Assembly: GCA_004431415.1 (NCBI GenBank)
Contig: QPMI01000233.1
Location: 1 to 64,000, forward strand
Reading direction: 5' to 3'
Length of the DNA: 64,000 nt
Origin: Cyanophora paradoxa CCMP329
Taxonomy: Eukaryota; Plantae; Glaucophyta
Part shown: positions 1 to 14,100 of the stretch, piece after piece
How positions within the stretch are numbered: position 1 is the first letter of the stretch
Layout of the letters: every line of letters starts with the position of its first letter
Notes under the pieces: generated by a model
Databases searched by the model: none
The model's input: only the letters and a program-made list of their open reading frames with translations
What the model was told of the DNA's origin: nothing
Program-made: the position numbers and the translations under genes

Positions 1-3000
1 GGCGGCGCTCTCTTATGGCGGGCGGGCGGCGCCCTGAGTATATCTATCGGGCCCTCTCTCTTTAAATTTCATCATGATCAGAGCGGGAGGGCGGGGGGAG
101 CGGGCCCGTATATCGGATCGGGCCCTTTCTCTCTTATCAGAGCCGGGGCGGCCGAGGAGGTGAAGCGGGGACAGGCGGGGCGGGGCGGGGCGGGCGGGCG
201 GGCGGGCGGGCGGGCGGACGGGCTTATCAGAGGGGGCGGGGGGCCGCTCTCTTATGGCGGGCGGGGCGGGGGGAGCGGGGGCGCAAGCGCACCGCGATGA
301 CGCGGGCGAGGACCGCGAGGTTGCGGGCGCGGTCCCGCAGCTCGATGCGCTGCCGCCCCAAACCCCCCGCCACGTGGTCCGGGTAGAAGTCTGGGGGAGA
401 GGGGGGGTGTTAGGAGATTAGATCGCAGGCGGAGGAGAAGAGGCGAGGGAGGTTGGGAGGTCTATCCATTTCCGCCCCGATCCCAGAGCCCGCCCGCCCG
501 CCCGCCCCGGCTCGGCTCGCAGATCGAGAATCGGAGGGGCTGTAGCTGTAACCCTAGAACGGCTCCAGGCGGCCTGGCCGGCGTCCCCGGCCCCGCCACC
601 CTTCCCGACGCACCGAGCTCGCAGAGGGAGGGGTCTTGAAGGTCCTTGAGGATCTGGGGCGCAATAATTAATGCCGAGGCGAGGGAGAACACGCTAGGAA
701 TCTATCTATCTATCTATCTATCTATCTCTCTATCAATCAGTGCCGCCTTGGGCTGGGCCGCCACTAAGGGAACGCGGGGGGGGGGGGGGGGGGGGGGGGT
801 AGGGGGCGCACGTGGAGGGCGCGGAGGGTGGCCTGGAGGCCCGGGCGCCCGCGGAAGCGGCCGGCGATGACGCAGTTCAACGCGTGGCACTGCAGCATCC
901 GGCACAGCGGCAGCCTGCATCGCGCCGGGGAAGGGCGGACGGACGCTGAGCTAGCTAGCTCCAGCTGGGGCTGGAGCGGGCGGCGGGCGGGGGTACGCAC
1001 GCGTATCCGCTGGCGCCGCCGAGCCGCTCGACGACCTCCAGAGCCTTGAAGGAGGCGGCGAGGGCCCCCTCGCAGTCGTTGCGCCACCGGCACGCGATCA
1101 CTGCAGGCGCGCGCCGCGCCGCGAGTGGGCCGTCGGCGGCGGCGGCGCCGCGCGCGCGTCTGCGAGCTCACTCCTGACGTGCAGGACGAGGTACTGGGAG
1201 TACAACGCCTCGGGTGAGTCCCCCTCCATGAAGTAGGCCTTGTCTGCTATGTGTAGGCCCATGCGCCCCAGCCCCTGCGCGACTGCAGTGCAGCGAGCGA
1301 GCGAGTGAAGTTAGAGGCGGGCGGGCGGGCGGGGCGGGGGGGGTGGCGCACAGTGTATGTCGGCGAGGGCGGGTATCAGGAGCGCCTCGAGCAGCCCCGG
1401 GGCCATCTGCCGCCTCACCAGCTCCGCCCACGCCTGCCGCGATTTGATCCGAAGTCGAGTCAAGGCCCCGGTCGCCTCGCGCGCGGCGGGAGGCGCGACG
1501 GGCGGGCGGGCGGGCGAGAGGGGCGGGGGTTGTTCTGGGTCCTCTGGCGCCCACGCTCGGCCCGGCCCGGCCCGGCCCGGCCCGGCCCGGCCCGGCCCCC
1601 CGCCGCGTAAGGCTATCCCTCCGCCCCCGTACCTCGAAGTAGATTCCCGTGGCCTCTTACCTCAAAGGGAACTGACGTACGACAGCGCCCGCGAGGTGCG
1701 CGCACTTAGGCGTAAGGGAGAGAACGGGGGACGCCGCCGCTTCTGGAACGGGAGCACGCGTAGCTAGCGCCTCCGCCCCCCTCCCCCCCTCCCTCCCCCT
1801 AAATCCCTCCGCCCCCGTACCCCCGTACCTCGAAGTAGAGTCCCGTGGCCTCTTGCACCTTGTCGTACTGCGGGGCCGGGGGCGGGCGGGCCGCCGGCGT
1901 CAGCGCCCGCGAGCGAGCGAGCGAGCGCCCCGGCGATGGGTCTTAGATCCCAAATCTTCGAGATCGCTCAGTTTCACGGCCGCCCCCGGACGGCGCCGCG
2001 CCGCGCGGCGCGGCGGGGCGCCCGCGACCGGAGCCTTCGCTGCTCACCCGGTCGAGGGCCGCCGCGCAGAAGAACAGGGCCTTGGGGCGGACGGCGGGGA
2101 ACTCCCCGCCGAGCAGCTGCACGCGCCCCACCAGCCGCTGCGCCTGCTCCCACGAGAGCGCGAAGAGGTCCGGCGCCGTCCGCGGCGCCTCCGTCGTCCC
2201 GGCCTGCGAGCGAGCGAAGAACGAAGCCGCCGCGTCGGCGTCGGCGTTGGCCGGGCAGCTGGGATGGAGCGGGGCGGGGCGGGGCGGACGAGGAGGAGGG
2301 CCGTGCAGTGGTCGACCATCGCTTCGGCGTCGCCGGCGGTCCACTCGCGCAGCGGCGGCTGCTGCAGCGCCGCCACCAGCGCCGCGATGACGCCGGCCGC
2401 GAGCCGAGGCCGCCCCGCCGCCCGCAGCGCCGCCAGCATGGCTCGGAAGCGCTGGCGGCCCGGGATCGTCGAGAGGAGGGCCGTGCCCAGCAGGCGCGCG
2501 TCCGAGAGCGCCCGCGCCAGGCCCCCCGCGAGGGCCGCCCGACCCGCCCCGCTACCGTCATTCCCAAAGCTCGAGCTCCCGGCGCTGTCCGGGCCGCCGG
2601 GGTGCGCGGAGAGCGCGCCGGCCGCGGCCTCGACCCCGATCACCAGCGCGACGCCCTCGGCGGGGCTCTCGAGCAGGTAGGGCGCCGGCACGGGCTGCCG
2701 CGTGTAGGGCCCGGGGCCCTCGGCCCCCTCGCCCTCGCCCTCGCCCTCGCCGGCGCGATCGGACTCGTCGGGCGAGAGCGCTAGCGCGGGGTCCGGGGCG
2801 GCGGCCGCGGCGGCGGCCGCGGCCGCGGCGCGGGCGACGGGGTCGTCGGCGCCGTCCTGCTCGGATTCGAGGTGCGCGCGCTCCAGGACGGCCGTCAATT
2901 TGTCCACCAGCGAGAGGACGTTCTCCTCCAGGAGCCGCGACTCCCGCCGCTCCGCCTCCGGCGCCCCCGCCTCGAGCTCCGCCTCCGCGTCCGCATCCGC

Positions 3001-3337
3001 CGCGCCAAAGGGCCGCCGCTCCGCCCGCAACCCTGCTGCCCCGCGGCGTTCGACGGATCCTGGCCATGGGGACCGGCGGCGGGTCCGGAGGGACGCCCTC
3101 GGCGCGCGCACCGGCGAGCGGCGGCGGCTGCGGCGACTCGTCCCAGGCCCTCGCGAGCGCGGATTCCTGGCCTCGTGGCGCCTTCGAGACGCGCTCGGCC
3201 GAGGGCTCTAAGCCCGCTGCGCAGCAAAGTGGCCGGTTCGCGAACCGCGGTTCTAGGGCGCCGGCGTCGCCGCCGCAGCGCGCGCGCGGGGGCGGTATCG
3301 CACCCGCATCCTCGAGCTCACGGCCCGGCGGCGTCAT
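1..3337 (-). CDS. Hypothetical multi-exon protein, Leu/Ala-rich and probably helical; 3' end unresolved and may run off the window
   Basis: ATG at 3337 (MTPPGRELEDA). GT..AG introns join the exons in frame into ORF 2044..3111 (LLEENVLSLVDKLTAVLE...). Downstream exons read DLFALSWEQAQRLVGRVQLL, YDKVQEATGLYFE, AWAELVRRQMAPGLLEALLIP, DKAYFMEGDSPEALYSQYLVLH and DFYPDHVAGG...LARVIA (~292-390). No family recognised. Confidence 0.65.
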
Positions 3338-5185
3338 CGTGCGCTGCACACGCACGACGATGGCCGCGACTCGCGAGATACTGCTCCGATCCGATGATCC
3401 TTGGCAAGTTGCGTTGCAATTGACTGCGCCGGTACCGGTCACGCCCCGCACTGCGGAAGCCTAGGCCTGCAGGCTGCAGCTGCAGCTGCCAGCAGGCAGC
3501 CCAGGCTGCAGCCGCATATACGCACTGCGCATGCGCAGTCGCCCTAGCTGCCGCAGTGCAGCTGGTGGCTGGAGACTGCAGTCTCCGACTCCCCGTAGCG
3601 CTCGACTCGGGAGCTCGAAGCCAGATACCGCGTACCCAGAATGAGCACCGCTTGGGTCCGAAACGCTCAAAGGATCGTACCCCAAGCACACTCCTTCCCG
3701 GGTGTTCGCCGACTCTCGAGTCTCGAGCTCTGGCCCGCGCGGCGCCGGGGGCCGCGCGCGGGCGGCGGTTATATCGTACCCGCGTGCAACTGCGGCAGAC
3801 CGCCGGTCCCGGCGCCGGATCGAGTCAAGGCAAAGGCCCGCCAGTGATATTGATAATTCAATATGATGATAATAAAACTATGATACTAGTAATATAATGT
3901 GATACAAGATCCGTGCTCCTGCGGAGCACTAAGTACCGTCGGCCGCGGGCCGGCGTCGGCCCGGCGTCGGGCACTAAATTACTGCGGCGTTAATTAACGC
4001 GGTTTCAAAAATGGCACTCCTCTGAGCGGAGATGGCATTGGAAAGCATATGCATAGACTTCAAAAGGCTTGTGTTTGGACGTCGACGCTTGCTTGAAACA
4101 AATATTTCCGGTTTCGCTGGGCAAGGTTTAATTTCCTTGTACGGGAGCAATCCTTTCAGAAAGCTTTCAGAAAGCTTTCATGAAAGCTTTCAGGGTGCCG
4201 GCGGAGAGTAAACTTTCACAAACACTGGTCCCAATCGCGATTCGCGAGCTCGAGAGCAAATCTCAGCAAAAGCGATTCAGCGACCCGAGCTTTCAGGCTG
4301 ACGCGAGTTCGTGGAACTTCAAAAACAAATGCAACGTTTAACTTCGTTAGCCCCGTACCCCCCGGCTCCAACCAGCCAGCTGGCAGCCGGCACTGCAGCT
4401 GCGGCAGCAGCGCTCAGCGGCCGCCGGGCTCAGCGGCTGTTGCGCGCGTGCAGCCGAGTCGAAGCGCAGGCCGCGCCCGACTCGGACTACAAGGCTAGGC
4501 GCCCGCGGCCGCGGCCGGACAGCCTCCAGGCTATACAGCCACGTGCACGGCCGGCGACAGCTCCGACTGCGTTGCGGCAGCCCACGGCCGTCAAGCAGGC
4601 CCCGCCCTGAGATCGGCGTACGCGTACGCGTACGCGTGCGCGGTGCGCGGTGCGCGGTCCGGTCGGGTGCGGGCCTGTGCTGCCCGGCCCCCGCGTGCAA
4701 CTGCAGCTGACAGGTCCGCAGGGGATCCCCAATTGCAATCCCGAACCGCGGCCACAGCCGGAGGTCAGGCCCAAACGTTAACTTCGCAAGCTTGAACCCT
4801 CGAGCTCGGCTGGTGCGTGAATTCGAAACCGGAAGCTCCAGTCGCCAGGCCGCTGCAGCAGAGATCGAGAGCTCTACTGGCCATATGCATGGGCCAATCT
4901 AGCTGCTAACGTTCTCGACCGGGGGCGCCCGCGCCCGCGCGTGGCCGGCCGCGCCTTCGGATAGCATGTGCCGGCTCTAATCATAGATGCCGTACGTGCG
5001 TGCGCGAAGCGCTGGGATGCGCTTGGATAGCCTCCCCGCGCGTCGCGCTTGCACGAGCAACGGCTGATCGACCGCAGGCAGAGCCCCGAGCTCGGAGGGA
5101 CGCGCTCGTGCCGCAGTCCCGGCCGCGGGGACCCCGCTCGCGTCGGGCGCTCGGCCGCTCGGCTGCCCGCGTCGGCGCGGCCGCG

Positions 5186-8100
5186 ATGGAGGGAGGCCCA
5201 GGACCAGGACGAGCCCGGCCGCCCCCGGCGCCGCCCCCGGTCCGGCCACGGCCGGCGCCGCGGCTCGCCCTCCTCGCCCTCCTCGCGGCCCTCGCCCTGG
5301 CCACCCTCTTCGGACCGGCGGACGCGGCCGACGGCGACGTCACGCTGATGCGGGCCGGCTTTGTGGGCCCCTGGTCCGAGAACAAGGGCTTCCTGCACGA
5401 CTCGCGCGCCCCTCCTCGAGCTCCCAGCCGCCCGCGACTCCTCCCGGCCGGCCGCCCCTGCCGACCGCCCCGCGCGCGCAGGTTCCGCGACGACGTCCAC
5501 TTCACGATCGCCGCCTCCGCGCCGTCCTTCATCGCAGCCAGCACCAAGGTCGGCCGGGCCGGGCCGGGCCGGGCCGGGCAGCGCCGCGCCCGCCTCCCCC
5601 CCCGCCCCGCCCACCCCGGCCCTTCTCGCGCCGCCCTCGGGGCCCACTCAACCCGCGCGCAGCTGGCCTTCCTTTGTGCCAACGGCGCCGCCAATTGCGG
5701 GAACGCCGCCGAAGGCGAGGCCGTACTGGTCTGCCCGCGCCCGCGCCGCGCCCGCGCCCGCGCCCGCGCCGCCGGACACGTTGCGGGCTCACATCGTTCG
5801 CTCGCAGACCCTCAACGCCTCCAAGCTGGTCAGCAGCCAGGGTACCACCAAATGCGTCTTCAGCACGAACCAATTGTGCGCCCCCCCCTCCCCCCGCTCG
5901 CGATCGCCCCCTCCCCCCCCCCCCCCCCCTCCCGCGGGACCGACCCCGGCCCCTCCCGCCCTCCTCCGCAGCAACTGCACGCTGGCGAACGCCCTCGTCT
6001 CGTGCCTCCCGACTTTCACCTTCGGTGCCCTCGAAGCTCAAGCTTAGAACTTGGAGCTAGGAGCTTGGACCCGGGCTCACGCTCGTGCCCACGCCGCGCA
6101 GGCGTCCTCAAGCTGGCGGTGCTCCAGCAGGGCGCTCCGGTGGGTACGGGCGCCACCCTTTACCTCACGTTCCTCGACTCGTCCGGCGCGGCCTTCAAGC
6201 GCCCCGGCGCCGAGTTCGAGTTCGGTGCTACCCCCCCTCCCCCTCCTCCCCCTCTTCCCTCCTAGGGGGACCCTTCTGCCTGCCTCTATGACGCCTGACG
6301 TCTCGCGCAGACCGAGGAAACGCTCGTGCGCCAGCTCCTCCCTTGCCCACTCCCGATTCTCTTCCCCTTCCCCCCCCCCCCCCCCCCCCCCCCCCCGGCC
6401 GGGTTTTCCCCCTTCTCCCTACTACACCCTCCCCCTCCTCGCATCTCCCTAGCCCCTCTCCATGCCCACCCCTCCTCTCCCCGGCTCCTCCCTCTTGAAT
6501 CCTTCCGCCCCGCCCTCCCATCCGCTGCTCTCTCCTTGAATCCTTCTCTTGAATCCTTCGCCCAACCCCCCCTGCTCTCTCTCTCTCCCCCCCCCCCCGC
6601 AATGTCCCGTCCCCCGCCCCCCCCCTCCCTCCCCCGCCTCCCCCCCCCCCCGCCCCGCTCCCCTCCCCCTCCCCCCCCCCCTGCCACACACACACACCCT
6701 TCCCCCACTCCTCCCCCCGCCCTCCCCCCCCTTCCCCTCGCGCCCAGCCCCCTCCCCTCTCTCCAAAAAACCCCGCCCACCGCCCTGGTCCCTCACTAAG
6801 CCGGGGGCCGGCTCGGCCGCGCCGCAGAGCCGGTGAACTACTGGCAGGACTCGATCGGCGTCGTCGCGAGCCTGGAGCTGCAGGCCGACGGCCGCCTCGC
6901 CGAGGGCACCAGCTTCAAGCTCTGCCCCCTCTACAAGCTCTTCGTCACGGTAGCCCCCTCGAGCTTTCGCCCACTCTTTCCGGTACCCCCCTCCTCTGAA
7001 AGCTCGGCGGCCCATGGCCAGGTGGAGGGCGACTACGTGGTGAAGCGGGACGGCCCGATCGGGGTGCACAGCGAGCCCGTGCCGGACCGGGCCTTCGTTC
7101 GCGAGGGCCGCTTCCTGGTCATACCCTTCCGCCTCAACATCTCGGGCTTCCCCGCCGACCGCAAGGCCCCCGGCATGAACTACGGCGCCCAGCTGTGCGC
7201 TAAATATATAAACAATCACTACAAACAATACGAGGCTGGCTACAAAGCTCGCTAGACTTCAGCGGCTGCTGAAGAAGACGCCGGGCCCGTTTGTTTGCTG
7301 CTGACCAAAGAGATTCGAACGCAACAGGGCATCACGGTGACCATGAGCGTCGTCGGCAACCGCACCGCCCTGGCCGCCGCCTCCGGCCTTTTCGAGGTAC
7401 GGGAATGACATCCGATCCCGCGCCTGCTGCCTGCCTGCCTGCCTAGATTTGCGCGAGAGACTGTACCCCCGACTTCGTTCGCAGACGGACGACGCGGAGG
7501 CGACCGTGAAGTGCTCCTTCACCGGCATCACGAAGGCGAGCACGCGAACGGGATCTGATCTGTTATAGCAACCTTAGAATGATAATAGCAGCAACAAGAA
7601 CCCAGCTAGGATCTGACTTGCAATTGCGGCTCCTCTCAGGAGACGCGGGACTTCGGGACGGGGGGCCTCTTCCTCGGCCTGGTGCCTGAGGAGCGCCTGG
7701 CCGCCCACGAGGCCGCCCCGCCGGGCGCCGGCGCCGGCCTCCTCGCCAACCTCTTCGATTCGGGCGCCCTGCAGGCCATCGACGTGCGCCCCGCCCCGGC
7801 CCGCCCCGCCCCGCCCCCTCCGCCCCGCCCCGCCTCGGCTTAGCGGCGCCCTTAGCCTTGGCCCCTTCAGCTTCTTAGCTCAGCGGCTTCCCCCGCGAGC
7901 GCGCGAGCGAGCGAGCGAGGTCGGTCGGGGGAAGCCGCTGAGCCGAGGCCGAGCTCCCGCTTGATCCCGCCCCGCCCCGCCCCGCCCCGCCTCGGCTCAG
8001 ACTAGTACTTTCAATCAGCTCGTGATCCTTAGCCTTAGCGGCGCCCTTTGCGACCGACCGACCGACACGGGCGCGCGCGCGGGGGGGCGCAGCTGCGGAC

Positions 8101-11100
8101 GCACACGGGGGCGATCGACGACGGGTACGCCGAGTTCACTTTCCCGTGCGCGGCCCGCGCCGGCGCCATCCGGTGCGGCCGCGGCCCGCCTCGCTCGGAT
8201 GCATGTAGGGGACCCGAGTCTAGTCCAGCTCGCGAGATCTTAGCTATAGTGCGCGCTGGTAGGCTCCATCTTAACTTTACCTTAAGGGTCTTCTTATCTT
8301 ATCTTGAGAGAATCCTGAACCGAAAAGGGGTCTCGATCTAGGAATCTCAAGCTCACGAGGGTCTCTCTTCCTTTCAGGTACAAGTGCGCGCTGGTGGCCG
8401 GCTCGAGCGCGCGCCCCAAGCTGCAGCCGGGGTACATCGACGAGCGGGGCCGCGTCTCCGAGGACGGCTTCGACGGCGCCCGGCCCCTCCTCGCCGCCTG
8501 CCCCGACAAGGCCCGCCCTGTTCCTTTATCTCTCACTTAATCTAATTATAAGCCGCCCTGCAGGTGGTTGCCAAGTCGTCTGACCGGCTCCAGTTCAAGC
8601 TGGGCGCCGGGTTCGACGTCTCCGAGCCCAAGATCGACCCCGCCTCGAACCGCCTCGGCTGCTCCGTCACCGCGCCCCTCAAGCGCTGCGGTCCGCCCTC
8701 CCACGCTCGGCCCCGCCCCCGCCCGGCTGTCTTACTACTTCGCCCTGTCTCTATCCGCCTTCGGCTCTAGGCGACCTGGCGGTCGCCGTCTCGACGCGGG
8801 CGGACCTGGACGAGATGGCGCGCACCTTCGAGCGGGTCGGGCCCCGCGTCTCCGGCGGCCGCGCCCTCCGCCACGTCGGCTACACCCCGCTCAGGCGAGC
8901 CGCGGCCGGCCGCGGCCCGCCCCGGCTCACCTGAGCGGCGTTCTCGCCCCTCCGAGGCTCACCGGATTCGTTCGCAGGGGGAACGCGACGTACGCGAACG
9001 CCTTCATGGGGGTACAGGTGCTCCGCGCCGGCGACCTGCTGGGCGCCGTCTGCGTGCTCGCCAGCATTCCCCGGGTACGCGCGCCCGATTTGAATTCAAA
9101 TTTTAAAGAGCTGACGCGAAATCAAATTTGGTTTCCAGCGCGTGGAGGCCTCGCACGGGATCTTCATGGTCGGGGCGGAGTCGGCGCGCGTCACGCCGCC
9201 GCTGGCCGTGCCGGCCGCCCCCGGGGAGAACGTGAACCCCCCCGACAGCAGCAAGCCGGCCGTACCCCCCTCGCTCGGCGTCCTCCCGCCCCCCGCGAAC
9301 CCAGCGGACCTCGCGCTGGACCCCAACGAGCAGCAGCAGCGGCGCGAGGCGGCGCGCCTAGACCCGGCCAGCCCCTCCTTCAGCGTACCCAGGGGGCCCG
9401 TCTCCCTCCTCCGCGACCCCATCGACCTCCTCTCGGCCCGCTGTACCCCCACACCCTTAACTTCTTCTTCTTAACTACACGCTCTCTTAGGTGTCGGCCG
9501 GCGGGAACGTGAACAGGACGGCGGAGGGCGGCGGCGGGGGCCGGGGCGAGGCGCCGCGCCCCGTGTTCATCGTCCCGACGCTGGCCTTCCGCGGGGAGTT
9601 GGACGGCCGCCTGCAGGACGGGCCCCCCTCGACCTGGGCCGCCGACTACCGCCGTGCCCAAGGCAAGAGCGCCCCGGAGTTCGTCGTCGCGCTCAAGTGC
9701 GTAAGCTTATAACAAGCTTATGAGCTTTTGATTATAAGATTGTATAGCTGAGCCGGGACCTTTCAGGCCCTTCGTGGATCGGAAGGGCGGCTTCAGCGTC
9801 CGGGTGGACCTGGCGCCCTTGAACGGGACGCGTTTGGACGGCCCCGCGACGTGGCGGCTCGTGCCGGCGGCCAACAACCCCACCGCCCTCGTCTACAACG
9901 TGACGGGCCACGGAACCGCAGGTGCCGCTTCCTTCTCTTATCTGTTGTCTTCCTTTGTCCGACTTACTCCGCACGCCTTCCCCGACTGCAGCGTCGATCG
10001 ACTTCACGAGGGGCTGCTCGCAGCTGCGCGTGCCCGTCGCGTGCCCCAACCCGGCGACCTTCGCCGGCCGCTACGCCTTTGACCTCGAGTTCCGCTCCTG
10101 TGCGCCGCGCTCTCAGCTGCAGCTTGCATCTAGACATCCTTAGATAATAGAGCCCCAAGTTCAGCACGGGAGCGTCCTCCTTTTGCATAACTAAGCGAAT
10201 CACCCCTCGATCCATTCTCGACCTGACGGCGGGCCGGGGCCGCGGCCGCGCGCGCAGCGGCGGGGCCCGCCCCCGTGACCTCCGCGGCGCGGCTCCTGGT
10301 GCAGGGTGACGTCACGCGGGGGGTCGACTGCCGCCTCCTCAGCATCGACGTGGCGCCGGCGGCGGGGGCGGACCAGGCGGCCCGCGAGGCGGCGGCGCGG
10401 GAGGGGTACAGGGCCTGCGCGCTGAACCCGGAGTGCACGCCCTGCGTCTACGCCTCGCCGCTCCTCGAGGCGATTAGGGACCCTGAGAGGGGCCAGGCCT
10501 TCCCCCGCTGGGGCTTCTGCGCCCCGAAAAGGTGCGACTGCTCAGATCATATCGGATCTGATCGGATCTGATCTGATCTGAGCGTCCCGCAGCCGGGTGG
10601 CCGTGGACCCGAACGCGGCCTGCGTACCCCCCGCCGCGCTGCAGCAGGGCCTCGCCCGGAGGCGCCTCGCGGCCGTGCCGGCCTTCAAGCCGGCGAGCGA
10701 GATACGGGAGAGCCCGCGGGACTATATGCAGCGCAACCCGCTCACGGGTACGAAGTGCCCGTTCTCGTACCCCGAGGACCCGACACTTCCGCTCCGCCCC
10801 GAGGAGCGTGAGTGCGCTCTCTCCCCCCCTCGAGCTCCGGCGCGACCGCCGGCTGACTTGGGTTTCATTTTCCGCCAGCGTTTGCCTGCGCACGAAGGGC
10901 TGCGGTGCGCGCGGCCGCGCACTGGAGGAGCTCCGCCTTGCCTCACTTCTGCGCGCAGGCGTGTGCTCGATGCCGAACGGGGAGCAGTTCTGCCGCCCCG
11001 GAAACGCCCTCGGCCCCCTGTGAGCTCCTTGCACGAATGATTCCGGCTCGGTCTCGAGGCGCGGCTGACGGGTACGGCCCCGCAGGGACTTGAGCTGCGA

Positions 11101-14100
11101 CTTGTCCGGCGGCTCGTGGATGGCGGCTAGCCCGTCCAGCGGGGGCTACAGGGTCGTCCACTCCTGCCGGACGTACCTGCAGGTGATCGCCTGCGAGCCG
11201 CGCGCCCCGGACCTGGAGGGGTACGGCGCGGCCCGCTGCGAGGACGGCTCGGGCTCCGGCGCCGTCATCGCGATCGCCGAGTCGGACCTGAGGGCGTGCC
11301 GCGCGGCGTACACGCGCGGCAGCATCCTGACGGGCAATGTGCGTCGTAAGGGCCCTCTATCTATCTAATTAACTTGATCGATATCTGTTTGAATGAATCT
11401 GTGGACAGGTGCGGCTGTCGGGGGCGGACTTTGACGACGCAGAGCGCGGCTCGACGCCGCGGCAGGTGCTCTCGGACCTCCTCCTCAGCTAGGAGCGGGG
11501 CGTGGCGGAGGCGCTAGGGCGGAGGCGAAAAGATAGGAGGCCGCCGCTGCGCCCCGCGCCCTCGCGATCGGCGACCGCCCCGCAGCTCCGCCTGGGGCCC
11601 TAAGCCCTCGTCCACGCAGGTGCTGGCGCGCCTGCTCGACGGCGCCGACGAGACGGAGTTTGTCAACGTGCTCCGCCGCCAGCTGCAGGAGTTCGTCGAC
11701 TACGCCAACGCCTCCGCCTACCAGGCGCGCTCGCATTCCGTAGCAGAATTTGATCCAGAGCTAAAGCTTGCTGCCTGCTCCCGGCCCGGCCCCGCCGTCG
11801 AGGCTCCGCCGCGCTGCGGCGATCTCACGCGGCGTTCTCGCGCAGGGCCCGGCGTACGAGGCGATCGTTCGGAGCCTGGAGGAGTCGGGCCTTGTGGAAG
11901 AGCTGGCCGCCCTCGATCGCGCCAAGGCCACCGCGCGGGCCCGCGCGGCTGCGGCCGCCCCCACTTCCGGCGGCGCGCAGCCGACGCCGGCGCCGGCGAG
12001 CGCGAGCCCGAGCCGGCGGCGGCGCCTCTCCCAGACCCGAACCATCGCGCGCACGGGCACGACGCGCACGGTTGTCGTCGAGAAGGTCTCCTCGGCCGCC
12101 GCGGAGAGCAAGAGCGAGGCAAAGGAAGGCGGGGAGGACGTTCCGGCTTCCGAGCGCACCCCCGGCGAGGCGCCCGAGCTCCAAAGCCAGGCGGCCGCCG
12201 GCCCCGTCGCCGACCCGCTCACCGCCTCGGGCGCCCGCCCCCGAGACGTGGCCGAGGCCGCCGGCCTGGCGCCCCCGACCCTCATGGACCTCGCCTGCGA
12301 CGCCTGCGCCGGCGTCGCCGCGCAGCTGTACACGGCTCTGAAGGACACGCTCATCAGGTGAGGGCTCTTATTTATACGATTATAATTACACCGTAGAATC
12401 CAGGAGCCGCAGCCGTTTATTACGGGCCCTCTCCTGCCCCAGGTCCGCCGGCCGCGCCCTTCTTCGCCCGCGGCGCCGCCCCCAACGTTAACGGCTTCCC
12501 GCCCCGCCCCGCTCCGCCCGGCAGCTTCGTGGGCAAGGCCATCGCGAGGCTCGACAAGGCGGCGACGGCGGCCGCCGGCAAAGACGCCCTCGCCACCGTG
12601 GTGCGCCCGCGCTACACACTATTAACGTTCATAAAATCACAAACCGACTAGAAGCCGAGCCAACTAAGAGCTGAGAAGAACTAATTAAATGAATACAAGA
12701 GCCCCCAGCCCTCCGCGAGCGCCTGCCATCCGGCGCCGAGGGCCCGGGCGCCCCGGCCCGCAGATGGCGCTGGACTCCCTGCCCGAGGCCCTCGACATGC
12801 TCGTCCTCGAGTGCTCCCGCGTCGTCCAGACCCGCGCCGACGCCGCCAGTGCGCACACGCCGGCGCGCTTTTACGGCTGCAACCGACCCGGCCTGGGACA
12901 GGCGGGACGAACAAGGGATGCACCCTGAAGCCGGGGGCCCTGCCGCCGGCCCTCGCCGAGAAGTTCGAGGCCGCCAAGACCCGCAAAACCCCCGACGGGG
13001 CCGACGCGCTGCCCGAGCGGCGGCCCGGCGCCGTGAACGTCTACGTCGAGTACGAGTCGGAGAAGGCCTGCGAGGAGTCCCTCAAGGCAAACGACGCGGT
13101 CGTGCAGGCGAGCGAGCGTCCCCTCTGATTTGTTTGCATTAGCGCATCCGTATCCGTACAACAGCGAAGTCGTAACGTCGACCGTACCCTCACTTGCAGG
13201 CGAGCGTCCAGGAGGGCGTGCAGCAGGCGGCGGGCGGGGGCATGGAGGAGCTCGCCGCGAACCAGATCGCCGTCGGCGAGCGGCGCTGCGTCCCCAAGCC
13301 CGCCGAGGGCCCCGCTTCTTCAGAGTCATCGTTCGACTCTGTCAACTCTGCCACGGGCCGCCGCCGCCTGCTCCAAAGCCCATCCAAGTACATCGGCGTC
13401 GTGCCTCTTCGGGTGACGTACGACGCGGCGAACGTGAACGCGCCGCTCCCGAGGGCGGTCAAGGCGGCCCTCGTCAACGCGAGCATCTCGGCGCTGGCGG
13501 GCGGCAGGGTCGTCAGCGTCTCGCCCGTCGAGCGGGCCCTCCTCGAGATCGTGGTCCTCGACGGCAACTCGTCTGCGGCGGCGGCGGTAGCGATCAAGGC
13601 GGCGCTCAGCCTGAACTGCACGGCCGGGGACGCCGCCTGCCTCGCGAAGCAGCAGGCCGGCGCCGCTGCCGCGTGCGCGGGCGCCGGCGCCAACGCGACG
13701 GCGTGCAAGGCCATCCAGGAGCGGCTGCTGCTTGCCTCGTGCGGGGCGCGCGGCGGCGCCGGCGGCTGCGGCGCCGCCCTCGGCCTCGTCTGCAAGAGCT
13801 CGCGCGCTGACGTGAAGGAGCTGTGCAAGTCCCTCGCGGTGCTTTCATTTGCTCTTGCTCGATTCGAATCGCTTAGCGTTTCTAATACTAAGTTCCCGAG
13901 CTCGGCTCGACTTTTCTTCACGTGATAATCTTTCCCCGCAGAGGCTGGCGGTGGATGCGCAGCGGAAGTACCTGGCCGCCAATTTCGCGACCCTCTTCCC
14001 CAAAGGCCGCCCCAGCTCCCTCCGCGTCTCCTTCGACGAGTCCCTCAGTGCGCCCCCGCCTCCGAATCCGAATTGATTAGAAGTTCTGCCCCCGCCGCCC

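Noticed and set aside
3975-4230. AT-rich patch with GAAAGCTTTCA repeats ending CAAACACTG (possible hAT end)
   Set aside because: No partner TIR or TSD was identified, so it is too weak to call.
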